Below, in pieces: positions 42,210 through 55,408 of a stretch of DNA of 64,000 nucleotides. Position 1 is the stretch's first letter. Every line of letters starts with the position of its first letter. The notes beneath the pieces are model-generated. The model was not told the DNA's origin and did not search any database. It was given only the letters and a program-made list of their open reading frames with translations. Position numbers and translations under genes: made by a program. This stretch comes from the human T2T-CHM13v2.0 reference genome, Homo sapiens. Location of the stretch: the NCBI RefSeq assembly GCF_009914755.1, contig NC_060941.1; one strand, written 5' to 3'.

Positions 42210-42530
42210 GGCCAGGCACAGTGGCTCATGCCTGTAATCCCAGCACTTTGCGAGGCCGAGCCAGGTGGATCACCTGTGGTCAGGAGTTCGAGAGCAGCCT
42301 GGCCAACATGGTGAAACCCCATCTCTACTAAAAATACAAAACTTATCTGGGAGTGGTGGTAAGTGCCTATAATTGCAGATACACAGAAGGCTGAGACAGG
42401 AGAATTGCTTGAACCCAGAAGGCGGAGGTTGCTGTAAGCCGAGATCGCGCCATTGCACCCCAGCCTGGGAGACAAGAGTGAAACTTCATCTCAATAAATA
42501 AATAAATACATACATACATAAAATAAAATA
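42210..42530 (+). mobile_element. AluS with (AAAT)n/(ACAT)n tail
   Basis: TSD AAAATTAGAGTTATAG on both sides. Confidence 0.95.
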
Positions 42531-44767
42531 AAATTAGAGTTATAGAGTTCCATAGTAAATATCTGAAAATCCATGTAGAACAGTAGCCTTTATTTCTCAT
42601 AACTGGAAGAATAGATGGTATTGTGTTACAGGGAAAGTAAAGTGACTCAAAGAAGGGAAAAATAACAGAAAAAACCTTACCTCCAAAACTCAGCAGCTCA
42701 TCAGTAAGGCTGTTGGCAACAATATTTTTATTCCATATAACTCTACACTCATCTGATCACAACTATAGTACTGAATTCAGTTATATGCATAAGTTAATGC
42801 TTAGCTTGAAAAGACAGGGAATAGTGGGAGAACAATGGAGAGGAAACTCAACATGCTAGCTTGGAAATATAAATGGTCATGGGTGACAGAACTGTACTTA
42901 CAAAATTGTATGCGTTTTTCAAATCTGTAAAGTGATTGGGGCCCCCAAAATTATATATTTCTTAATAGCCATGGCAATTTGCTGGATCACAGACCTAATT
43001 TTCTGCCTTCCTTGTGGTAATCACTCAACACTTCCCTTTCCAATATTAGTATGTTGATGGCGATTAATTTTCCTATTTTTACCATTTCTAATAAATCCTT
43101 TGTTGAAAGTTTTTCTTTATCTGTTTTGACAGCTCCTGAGAAGTTTCCTGTCAATTTCTTGGCTGATCAAGAATCTTCAAAGTAGAAGCATTTCTAACCA
43201 TTGATTATATATCTTCAGTCTTCCAAAATATTATTTCCCTCTTTACATTTTTGTTATCCTCCTTTGAAAAACAGAATATGTACTCACAAAAAATAAAAAC
43301 AAAAACACAGAATAACCCCCAAGAACATAAGAACAACTTTACCAAGTTTAGATGAAACACCTTTCTTATCAACTTAGTTGGTGCTCAGATTAGTGCCTAA
43401 AATGTTTAGGCAAGTGCCTGACCTCATTACCCATTCGCCAAATGAATGAATGTAAAACACTGATCTCTATCTTACCCTTAAATAAAGATGAGTTCCTTCT
43501 CAGGAAACTCCCTTAAGCCCTAGATATTGGTGCATCATCTGTGTCTCATCCCTCTCTTTTTTTCCAAGTTTGTTTACTGGAACATTTCTGGGCAAACCCA
43601 TCAACCCATCTATATTTATTTATTTTTCTTGTGAGAATTGAATATTTTGATAAAAAGTAAATTCTCCATGCCAGCCTTGTTCTTGGAAAGCTCCCAATGT
43701 AGACATGCAGATTAGTACATAACTTCTGTTGAATATGTATAGAATGTGTAGAGGAAATGAGGGAACCTCTAAACTGAAGAAAAGATTCAGTAGGGATACG
43801 GTTATTCTTGGGGGTGGACTTTTAAGATGTGTCTTCCACAAAAGGAATTAAACATTGTTTTAGTAAGGGTACAGAAGTAGAGAATCAAGGCTGATCATCT
43901 TCAGTAAAAGCTTCAAAGGCATAGATTTATGGTAAATTTAATAAAGAAATTCCTTATAGTTAAAGCTTTTCAAAAATTGTGGAAATTCCAACAGAAGGAA
44001 CATGATGGCAGTGTAGACTTTTATAAAATTTCCTTATAAAACAAATAGAACAAATGAAATATTTAAAAATAAACATGAGTGATATTTTGAACAAAATCTG
44101 ATAAAAAAAAATTTACCAGGAATCTCAGAAAAAGGTAGATAGGCCAAAAATAGCAACAGGCTCTGCACAATACCAGCAACTATGTAATAGCAGGGTCAAA
44201 GTAAAGGAAGTAAGAAAGGAATGGCATTATAAGCCAACAACCACTCACCCCTATGGGAAAAAAAAACACATGCAGAGTGGTAATCCAAGAGGACAAACTT
44301 GACAACAACTAGCAGAAAGCACAAGTTGCAGGTGAAGTATAAAATAGCGAAGGTGAATTACTGGACAAATATGGAACAATCTAGACATTATTTTCAAAAA
44401 GATTGTAATTCATTTAAAAAGGAAATATAAAAATATCCAGGAGCTCAAATGGTAGCCTACATTCTCCGACAAGGAGAAAAAGGAGGCGAGAGAGGAGATA
44501 AAAATGAGAGGAACAAAGCATCACTCATCAGACACCACTGAATGTTGTTAAGACAACCATTTATTACCCTGAAAATTTATAACTAATGGGAATTAGACAA
44601 GTATCTCTGGATAACCAAATAGGTCTAGCAAATGCAGAAAGTTATTCTATTAAAAGCAGAGTATTTTAGATAATAAATCCACAAGGGAATACAGAATTGA
44701 AATATAGAATTACAGAATTAAAAGATCACAATTTTACAGTCCTTAACTAAATACAATCAATAGATGA

Positions 44768-45049
44768 TGTACTAGGTTGTGTTATGTCAACATGGCTAAG
44801 GCTAAAACTTTGCTTGCTAGAATTCCCTCCTTTGTATGGGACGATGCTGGAGTTGAGTATTTGTGCAAAATTAAAAAGGCAATGTGACACAAAAACTACT
44901 AATTTCAGAGAGGTTTTGTGGTTAGACAGGGTGACAGATGCATGATGCCTGGAAAACCATGCATGTCCTGCTTCTCCTCTGTTTTGTATTCAGCTCACCT
45001 TTCTAATTGCTAACCTGGTAGTCAACAGTGGCCCCAAAGTCACCAAAGG
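44768..45049 (+). mobile_element. ERVL-type LTR 5' fragment
   Basis: Starts tgtactaggttgtgttatgtcaacatggctaagg...agaattccctcc, which resembles ERVL LTR starts; stops at the LTR12. Confidence 0.5.
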
Positions 45050-45663
45050 TGAGAGGTGAAGCCAGCTGGACTTCCTGGGTTGGGTGAGGACTTGGAGAAC
45101 TTTTCTGTCTAGCTAAAGGATTGTAAATGCACCAATCAGCACTCTGTGTCTAGCTAAAGATTTGTAAACGCACCAATCAGCACTCTGTAAAAACGGACCA
45201 ATCAGCACTCTGTAAAATGGACCAATTGGCACTCTGTAAAATGGACCAATCAGCACTCTGTAAAATGGACCAATCAGCAGTATGTGGGTGGGGCCAAATA
45301 AGGAAATAAAAGCTGGCCACCCAAACTGGTAGAGGCAACTGCGCTCAGGTCTCCTTCCGGTGTGTGGGTTGTTTGTTCTTTCGCTCTTCGCAGTAAATTT
45401 TGCTGCTGCTCAGTCCTTGGGTCTGCACTACCTTTATGAGCTGTAAGACTGACTGTGCAGGTCTGCGGCTTCATTTCTGAAGTCAGCAAGACCATGAACC
45501 CACCAGAAGGAAGAAACAAACTCTGGACACATCTGAACATCTGAAGGAAAAAATTCCGGACACACCATCTTTAAGAACTGTGACACTCACCGCAAGGGTC
45601 TGTGGCTTCATTCTTGAAGCAATGAGACGAAGAACCCACCAGAAGGAACCAATTCCGGACACA
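45050..45663 (+). mobile_element. LTR12 (HERV9) 5' LTR
   Basis: tgagaggtgaagccagctggacttcctggg start, tandem accaatcagcactctg repeats, duplicated U5 units, end aattccggacaca. Confidence 0.96.
45132..45312 (+). promoter_or_regulatory. LTR12 U3 promoter: six CCAAT (NF-Y) boxes plus TATA-like AATAAAA
   Basis: CCAAT at 45132, 45173, 45198, 45222, 45246 and 45270; AATAAAA at about 45306. Confidence 0.75.
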
Positions 45664-45799
45664 TTTTGGCGACCACAAAGGGAAAATCGACTATCACCAA
45701 GCGGTGAGTACCATCGGACCTCTTTGGCTTGCTATTGTGTCATAATTTTCCTTAGAATTTGGGGGCTAAATACCAGGCACTGGTCGGCCAGTTAAAAAG
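45664..45799 (+). mobile_element. HERV9 leader: tRNA-Arg-type PBS and splice donor, truncated
   Basis: TGGCGACCACAAAGGGA at 45667-45683; GCG|GTGAGT at 45703/45704. Confidence 0.88.
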
Positions 45800-46097
45800 C
45801 AGTCCAAAAGAAATGTAATGCAAGACACATACGCAGTTTTTGTTTTCTATAAAACACGACTTAAACGGGTAAGTGATGCTGACTAAATTAATTTTAATAA
45901 CACATTTTAACTCATTATATACAAAATATTGTTTTATCGTGTAATTAATATAAGAAATGAGATATTCTATGTTTTTCATAGGTCTTTAAAATGCGGTGCG
46001 TCTTGTTCACTCACAGCACGTCTCAATTTAGACTACCTGCATTTTGCATGCTCAGTTACCACCTGTGCCTAGTAGCTAATGTATTAGACAGTGCTAG
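45799..46097. mobile_element. MER33-like (hAT-Charlie) DNA transposon
   Basis: gtccaaaagaaatgtaatg...aaattaattttaataa...acagcacgtctcaatttagacta...tgtgcctagtagct...gtattagacagtgc. Confidence 0.8.
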
Positions 46098-46604
46098 AGT
46101 AGTTAATAACTAAAGAGTAGTTATTAAGTAATATTGCTTAAACAATTTGTATCTTACATATAAATAAACAAAATACTAGAATTATAAATTCATCCCAACT
46201 TGTCGTAACAGAAAACATCAACCATAAAATTTTGCTTAGTTTGAAAATACTACTTTCTTTGAGGTTCGACTTAGACTACAAAAAACAAGAAGGAAGAGAA
46301 AACAAGACAGTAACATTTATTTACTGAACCATGACTATAATGGAGTTCTAGGCACATTCCATTCCATGCTTATGGCAATCCCATGGTGCAGTTACTGCTG
46401 TGTTCCCATTTTATAGCTAGGGAAACTGGGTTTTAATAAGGTTTTGTAATTTGCTGAGATCACACACCTAGCAAGATTTGGGGCAGCTGGAATTCTAAAC
46501 TTATGTCTGATTAACTGTAATTCTCAGAGAATTTCCTCTGTGACATCAGTGAAAAAAATCATTTTGTATAGACCAGAATAGGAAAAAAGGAAAAGAAAAA
46601 GTAG

Positions 46605-46700
46605 AAATATTTATTTATTTATTTTATTTTAACTTTCATTGTAAGTTCAGGACTATGTGTGTAGATTTGTTATGTAGGTAAACCTGTGACTTGGGGGTTT
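46605..46700 (-). mobile_element. Short L1PA (older) 3' end
   Basis: T-rich tail, then aagttcagg...gtttgttgtatagattatttcat. Confidence 0.7.
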
Positions 46701-48774
46701 GTTGTATAGATTATTTCATTAATTTTAGATTGAGCAAATGTTAGTGATAAATCAGGAGACAGAGCATAAAGCCTTTTCTTTTACATCACTTTGAGGTTCC
46801 CCTCAGTTTCACAGAATATTTTTTCGCCTAAAATTTTCTTCAGGCCATGTTTGTGTGTGCAGGAACATCTCTAATTATGGAATTTACTCTTATGTTAAAT
46901 TTAGAATGGCTTAATGGATGGCTCTCTCTAAAGCTTGTTACTGTTTACCTAAGGTCATCACAATATTAATGGCTTTTTAGAAAGGAAACTGTGTAAGACT
47001 ACTAATAAGCACCATGTTTTATGCATATTTTATGCCAGTCACTTAAAATTTATAATTTATGTTGCTAGAACATTTATTCAATATTGATAGCTTATTTTAT
47101 GCCACTTCTAGTTGGTATTAGAAATGTATTAAATGGCTAAAATGCGTGTGCCCTTTCTATCAATATGCACTTAATGTTAATGCTTTCTAAAACACTTTCG
47201 GAGTAATAATAACCACCTTCCATTCAAAATCATTTATAATACCCCTTACCATTAGCTGAAAATTCATCAAATGCAATATGTTAATTCATCAACATTATTG
47301 TACAACGTATACTGAGAAGAAATAATGTGACGGTGTGCTCCACAAATTAAAATTGTGACTTTAGGATTGGATATTATTTCTATCCTCTAATACCAAGTTG
47401 GTGAGCCAGGGACCAGTAGGAGTACAATTTGCGCTGTTACTTGAATCCTTTATCTTTTGGTGAACGCACCACTGTCACAACAACAAATAGCGTGACATTG
47501 TTGTTTCCCCAAATGGTAGATGCTTTGATGAAAGTTAATCATGGAAAAAGATGAAATAAACTGCTTAGAAGTATGTATTAAGTTATCCCCAAACATAGAA
47601 AACCATAAAGAAGTCTTAAGTATAAGCAACAAAATGGCTATGAACTTGTGAAACAAAAGGGAACATGATGTAGCCACAGTGTGAAGTAGAGGCAGGATGT
47701 CCAAAGAGGATGTTATTTGAGCTGGGCCTTGAAAAGTAAATTACTTAATGGATGAGTGCAAAAAAGCCATCGAGTAAGAGAAAATAGTATGTATATGAAA
47801 AAATAATAGGCTGATTTGACCAAGAATGAAAACTCTTAAATCCATTTAAAAGGTAAAGGAGAGGGAAGGAAACTAGGGATAAAGCTGGATACTTAGGTTG
47901 TTACCCAAAAGAAAATAATTTTGTGTGCTTCACTAGGCATTTATTCTATTGGCAAGGGGATGAAATTTGTAGTTTTAAAATATGTGACTAACATGCTGAG
48001 AGCTGTGTGTTTGTATTTATGATAACTGATGATGTGGACCACAATGTGTTGGAGGGAGGACAGATCAAATGCAATAACGCAGTGAGGAGTGGTCAGGTAT
48101 AAATGAGATGTACTTCATGATACGTGTGATGTAGACATACATATCATGATCCAGCTATTAGCCTCTTTCATATGGAGTCATACAAGCATTACTTTGGATA
48201 TATAAATCAATTTCAGTTAGGTGGGTTAGGGAAAATAAGGTCCATTTATTTTTTGTCTAAACAATGCTCATTGTTCTTTATAATGTTGGTGACAATGACA
48301 AAAATGAGAAATGTAAAGAACACAGTATATTTGTGTGTAGGATAAACTGCTTATGCTGAGAGCAGCTAGATTTCTATGCCACTGTTGACATTTTATTTAT
48401 CACAATCCTGCCTAAACACGAATCCACTTTGAATTAATTGCTTCCAAAACTATATATTTAAATGTTGAAGCTGTAGTGAAACAATTAACTATGTGATCAT
48501 TTATCATATCATGCTTTAATGCCAATAGGACATTATGAGCAATGAGTATTTATCAATGTTCTAATTGTAGCTGAGTAGCGGTGTACCGCTGTTTATTGTT
48601 ATTTTTAAACAGTTGATTTTAACACCCGGCACCCTAAAATTGTCCGGTTAATGTGTTCTGCTTTGGGATCAGGCTGAAATTGAAAGGCCAAAAATTCAAG
48701 ATAATTCCACGATAAACAGCTTTGTGATCAAAAGTTAGGGTGATATGAAACTTCAACCTGCCATAAATACAGGA

Positions 48775-48952
48775 CAGGTTTTCTTAATCTCCACATCATT
48801 GAAACATTGGCATGGATAATTCCTTTCTGGGAGGAGTTTCGTGTCCATTCTAGGATGTTTAGTAGCATCTTTGGCTTCTACCCAGTGGATGCCTGTAGCA
48901 CTCTCTTGTAATTGTGACAATCAAAATGTCTCCAGATATTGCCCAGTATCGC
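48775..48952. mobile_element. MER20 DNA transposon
   Basis: ggataattc...aggatgtttagtagcatc...ctacccagtggatgcctgtagcac...gtgacaatcaaaatgtctccagatattgcc. Confidence 0.85.
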
Positions 48953-49937
48953 CGCCAATATTAGCTAATGTAAAGACATCGTTTAACTTGAAAGCTGCAC
49001 ACATGAAGTAACCCACCGTGCGTTTTACCACAAATTTTTAAATTTTTAAAGTAAGCAGTTGCAAATAAAATTATTGGAGATCCCCTAAAGTACGTTAGAC
49101 AGAAAAAATCATAAATATATGGGTATATATTTTGGCTCATCAGTAAAAGTATTCAATTAATCCTTATTTCTACCCATTTTTCTGAGTCACTGGCACAATT
49201 TACTATCTTAGCGTAACCAAAAACACGTATATTTTTCTTTGTAAATCTTTTGCTAACTAAGCACATTCTATATTTTCATATTCAAATTGATTGTTACAGA
49301 ATATAAATTCATATTAGTGTACAACTTCTATGCCCTCTAACTCTCCCATTTACACAATGTTAAATAATAACTTGTTTTCCCTTCATCTGGCAGGAGGTAA
49401 GGGTTAAAGTTTGAAAATCCATGCAAGTCCAGACTTTATCCTAAGAACTTCATATAAAAGCTATAAAATCTAAATTCCCTTTTTCAAAAGTGAAAAAAAT
49501 ATAAATTATATTATAGAGTAATAGTGGAGTGAAGAGGAAAATAAGAACGGTCCATTAAACTTAAAAAAAAAAAAAAAAAGGGAATGGGGACCCGATAAAT
49601 AGGGAAGAAACTATGGGGAATGTGCCTTAGTGGAAACAATATCATTTTCAAATCCTAAATCTCCTGATTTCTAGTCAAACTTCTGGATAGTTTAATCAAA
49701 TTTTCTAGATGTGAGTATTCTTTACTAGGGGATGCTATCACCTACTTTCAGATTTGATTCTATAATTAAAATAACAATAGCTTTGTTAGTAACTTCTATA
49801 TGCCACAGTAACTTCTATATGTTCTTTAAATATTTTATTAATATTAATGACAATCCAGTGAAGTGAATATTATTATCATCTCTGTTGAACAGAATAAGAA
49901 ACAGAAGAAGGAGAGTTCACACATAGATTTAAATTTA

Positions 49938-50233
49938 GGGCTCATGCCTGTAATCTCAGAGCAGGCGAATCTGTTGAACTTAGAAATTGGAGACCAGCCT
50001 GGGCAACATGGTGAACCCTCGTCTCTACTAAAAATTAAAAAAAAAAAAAAAAATAGCCAGGTGTGGTGGTGTGTACCTGTAGTTCCAGCTACCTGGGAGG
50101 CTGAGGTGGGAGGATCACTTGAGCCTGGGAAGGTGGAGATTGCAGTGAGCCAAGATTGTGCTGCTACACTCCAGCCTGGGTGACAGAATGAGACCCTATC
50201 TCACTAATAATAGTAATAGTAAGAAGAAGAAGA
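49938..50233 (+). mobile_element. AluJ with left-arm deletions
   Basis: gctcatgcctgtaatctcag...ggaggatcacttgagcctggg...gagaccctatctc. Confidence 0.9.
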
Positions 50234-50912
50234 AGAATCTGACTCTAAAAGAGTAACTCCAACATTATAATATGCTTTCACAAATACCCTAAAAAGATGT
50301 CTTACGTGCAGTGGGTTAGCAATACAAAATAGCTCTCTGCCTTCAACTAAGAAAAATATGTGAAGAAAGATAAATAATAATTTACCTAAGTGCATGAAGA
50401 AACTCAGAAATAGAAGCAGGAACAGAGTACAGGCCTGCTAATAAATATAGAAACCGAATGTACTATTTCTCTCTTCCTCATTTAGCTACCTAATGTCTTG
50501 TGATTTTCCTATTTTTTTTCTACTGCTTTGAGCCCTGCCTTAGTTCACATCTTCATACATTTTTGCTCAAGCCTGATAAAGTCTACATATTCTGCTACAA
50601 ATTTCTAAAAAAAATCTGATCATGTTGATGGCCTTGCTTAAATATCCTTCAAGAGTTTCCTTTGGCTTCTGGGATAAGTCTAAATTCTTCTCTTCATTTA
50701 GCAGTATCTAGTTAAATTCAAGATTTGCATACTCTTAGAATCAGTGATTTCACACTCAGGTATACATTCTAGATAATCTCTTGCACATGTGTAGGAGATA
50801 TTTGCAAAATGGTGTGCCATTGTTTGTAATAGTGTATGATCTAAATGCCATATTGTAGGACAATAAAGAGAAAAATTATTATATTCAAATAATGGAATAC
50901 TATACAGTATTT

Positions 50913-51399
50913 CATTTTTATTTCTTAGTTGACAAATGAAAATTATATATATTTATGGTGTACAACATGTTGTTTTAAAATATGTATACATTGCAGAATG
51001 TCTATACCAAGCTAATTAACATGCATTATCTCATACATTTGTGGTGAGTACACTTAAAATCTACTCTGGTAGCAATTTTCAAGTGTACAATACATTGTTA
51101 CTATATTCACTATGTTGTACGATACATCTCTTGAACTTATTTCTGCCTGGCTGAGTGAAATTTTGTATCCTTAGACCAACTTCACCCCAATCCCCTCCAC
51201 CTCCCCAGCCTCTGGTAATCACCATTCCAGAGTCTGCATCAATGACTTGACTTTTTTAGATTCCACATATAAGTAATATCATGTAGTATTTGTCACTTAG
51301 CATAATGTCTTCAAGGTTCATCCATGTAGTTGCAAGTGACAGTGTTTCCATCTTTTGTAAGGCTGAATAGTATTCCATAGTGTATGTATACCACCTTTT
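50913..51399 (-). mobile_element. 5'-truncated L1MA 3' end inserted into an older plus-strand L1ME relic (approx. 50710-51730)
   Basis: L1MA 3' UTR motifs; TSD TATACAG(T/C)ATTT at 50901-50912 and 51400-51411. Confidence 0.85.
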
Positions 51400-52034
51400 T
51401 ATACAGCATTTTAAATGAGTGTCTTATGCTTATGCCAGAATACAGACTAATTTTAAAAATAGAATAATTAAAAAAAATACAATATGATATTATATATCAT
51501 CTACAAATAAATAAAATAATAATATATATTGTTTAGGATTACACTGCTCATAGAGTAATATTTGGGATAATGATTACGTGTGGTGATGAAAAGAAGGTGA
51601 ATGAATAATTTTACATACAGGGAGCTTTAAGTGTATTTTTAATTTATTTTTAAGCTGTTTGTCGGTTACATAGTGTTTATCATATGCTTTAGATGTTTTT
51701 GTATGCTTCAAGCACTTAATAAAAACTTAAATCATCTCTACAAAAGTAAATAACTATAAATAAGTCTGTCAAAAAGGTCCACTATTAATCTTTACATACT
51801 TTTCCAATATTATGGACACTTTATTGATCTCCAGTCATGATGAACCATGCTGCAGTTTTCCTAACATGTCATTCTCTTTTCTGTATGGCCGGTTTTACAC
51901 TATAAGAACTTTCCATTCACCTTACTCCTACTAACTTGTCGAGGCTCAGCTCCGAGCTCTCAAGACTCCAGGACCCTTATTTGAAATCTTTAATTTGACT
52001 ATTCTAATATCTTATGGCACCATTTCTACATTTG

Positions 52035-52390
52035 TGTCAGCCCTGAAACAATAGCTGTGAACTCTGCTCACACGACATAGCCAGTGGAGGTTGGCAAGGG
52101 GGCTCTGCTTCTCATTAGCCACTCAGGATCCCAGGTGATGGAGGCTACAACAGGAACTGTGCTTACCCAATCACTGCGGCAGGAAAGAATGGTGGATCAT
52201 GATCTGTTTCTTAGGGCCCCTATGCAGAAGTGACCAAAATCATTTTCATTCACATTTTTTTTGAATGAAGCAACTCAAATGACCTCTGCTAACTTCAAAG
52301 GAAATGGAAAAATGCAAGCCCTACGAGATGACTAAATGGTGAGAACAGCTTTGTGTGAAATATGTAAACAGCCCTAAAGACTACTACAGT
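52035..52390 (-). mobile_element. Old MaLR LTR (MLT1K/L-like)
   Basis: cactcaggatcccaggtgatggagg...cagaagtgacc...ctaacttcaaagg...gactactaca. Confidence 0.6.
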
Positions 52391-53493
52391 CTATACATTT
52401 CTCATGTTGAATTGTAATGAATTATTTACTCCTCCTGTGTGGACATTTTATCTTAGTCAGCTCTGTATGTCGGCCACTGATACCATATAGACACATTTAA
52501 AAGAATATGTTTTGCCCGGGTAAGAGAAAACATCCTCTCTCAGAGAACAGGTCCCCATCTACTTCTAGATGAGTCCTTCAGAAAGTAATATCTGTGGGTG
52601 AACATTAGCATTTCATTATTGGATCATTTTTTGATCATATCCTGCTTGATTGACTGTAAGGTTATCAATCTATGAATTTTCAGAGCTGACCACATTTAGC
52701 TCAGTCTTCCCACAAAAGAAGGGGGAACTCAGCTCCTACTCACTTTTATGTACCTGACAGACATTTGCTGAAAAGTGACAAATCAGCCCAGCCTATTGCA
52801 GTGGTCTGTCATTAAAGGATAGGAAAGCCAGTTTCTTCAGTTTCCGAGGCACAGCTATTCACTATAAAAATCCACACTTAAAAGGTTTTTCTAAGGTGGT
52901 TGCTCATTCCAAATCATAAGGAACCATCCTCCTTGAATTGGTTTACCTATTTATCATCAAAACAATAATGTTATTAAAAATCCAATTTTTCCTAAGACTT
53001 ATTATTTTCAAATCTATTTCCTTTTGTACATTTCTTTGAAAAGCGATATTTTAGCATGTTGAGAGGTGGGAAGGAATACATCATGTTTTTCCTTTTTTTA
53101 TTCCTCCTTTCAAGTTATATGCATTTTTGTATTGTACTATTTTAACATTCTAGGGAATTTCTAGAATTTGGACTAAGCACTCTTGTCACAGATGATCTTG
53201 TATAGAATATCATATTAAACATAATTTGTATCTTCACTTTGAAGATTAAATGCCAATCTCATTTATGAAAATGCAACAGGAAAGTATCCTAAACTCTCAG
53301 TATTTACGAACATTTTCACATGACCTCTCTAGCAACAAATCCTGTTAGCTGTGCCTTAGAAACATAATGAGAATCAACTACTGCTCACAGTCTTCAGTGC
53401 TCCTTGTGGTTGAGGCCAACAACATCAGGACTATTTCAAGTCTCATTCCGCCTGTTCTTTCTAGTCTTAGTGCTCCTTTAAAAATGCAGTTCA

Positions 53494-54091
<598 letters not shown>

Positions 54092-54629
54092 AAGATTACA
54101 GTCACATGAATTCTCTGCTTAAAATCCCTCTGCATGGCAATAGGGTCCTCCATTACTGAGCTTCTGGCTAAATTCCCCACCTCCCAACATTCTCCTGCCC
54201 TTACTTCGCTTTCTTGTTTTGCATTCAGTGCAGCTTTGACTTTCGTGTCAGGGTGTTTGTAGCTGTTTTCCCTACCTAGGTCACTTTCCCCCTTATAGCA
54301 AATAATTAATTCCCACTCTTACAGATCTTTACTCAACATTCACATTTTTCAGAGGAGACTCCTCAGATAACATTATCTGAAGTTAAAATATGACACTATC
54401 CCTTATCCAACTTTCTTTTGATTCTCTTTATTATCATCTGATATCTCACAGTTGATAAGTGAGTACACCACATATATATACATATACATACACATATAAA
54501 CATAAACATTATTTGCATATTCTCAGTAAAATGAAGATTATATAAGGGAGGACTTTTTAATTTTGTTTCGTTCACCAGTACATAGAAAAGCATCAAGAAC
54601 ATTATAAGTGTTTAAAAATTATTTCTTGA

Positions 54630-54917
54630 GGCCTGGCGCAGTGGCTCACTCCTGTAATCCCAGCACTTTGGGAGGCTGAGGCAGGTGGATCACGAGTTCA
54701 GGAGATGGAGACCATCCTGGCTAACACGGTGAAACCCCGTCTCTACTAAAAATACAAAAAATTAGCTGGGCGTGGTGGTGGGTGCCTGTAGTCCCAGCTC
54801 CTCGGGAAGCTCAGGCAGGAGAATGGCGGGAACCCGGGAGGTGGAGCTTACCGTGAGCTGAGATCGCACCACTGCACTCCAACCTGGGTGACAAGGCGAG
54901 ACTCCATCTCAAAAAAT
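54630..54917 (+). mobile_element. AluY inserted in an L2 3' end (L2 relic approx. 54105-54950)
   Basis: ggctaacacggtgaaa and gaatggcgggaacc diagnostics; TSD TATTTCTTGA; L2 tail gaatgaataaatga resumes afterwards. Confidence 0.92.
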
Positions 54918-55098
54918 ATATGTATATATTTCTTGAATGAATAAATGATTAGATAAACTCTTACAGAGTAGTAGATGGATCACAACTTCATTCTCAAGAA
55001 ATTTCTGCAGTCTTTTGTACTGCAGTGCCTTACATTTATACCAGTTATGGCAAAGACCAAAGTTGCAAGGGTACCAGGGATATAATTTCATTAGCAAT

Positions 55099-55408
55099 TA
55101 TTTTTTATCTATTTATTTTTATGAGACAGGGTCTCTCTTTCTGTCGCCCAGCTGCAGTGCAATGGCACGATCATGGCTCACTGCAGCTTCAACCTACCCA
55201 GGCTCAGGTGATTGTCTCACCTCTGCCTCCTGAGTAGCTGGGACTGTAGGCATGTGGCACCATGCCGGGCTAATTTTTGTATTTTTTTTGTAGAGATGGG
55301 GTTTTGTCATATTCTCACACTGGTCTTGAACTCCCTGAGCTCAAGTGATCCACCTGCTTTGGCCTCCCTAAGTGCTAGGATTACAGGTTTGGACCACTGC
55401 GCCTGGCC
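55099..55408 (-). mobile_element. AluJ
   Basis: gagacagggtctc...gatcatggctcactgcagc...gagctcaagtgatcc. Confidence 0.92.

Noticed and set aside
45110-45280. Regular 24-bp repeats resembling a CRISPR-like array
   Set aside because: Tandem units without unique spacers; the known LTR12 U3 repeats in a eukaryotic context.
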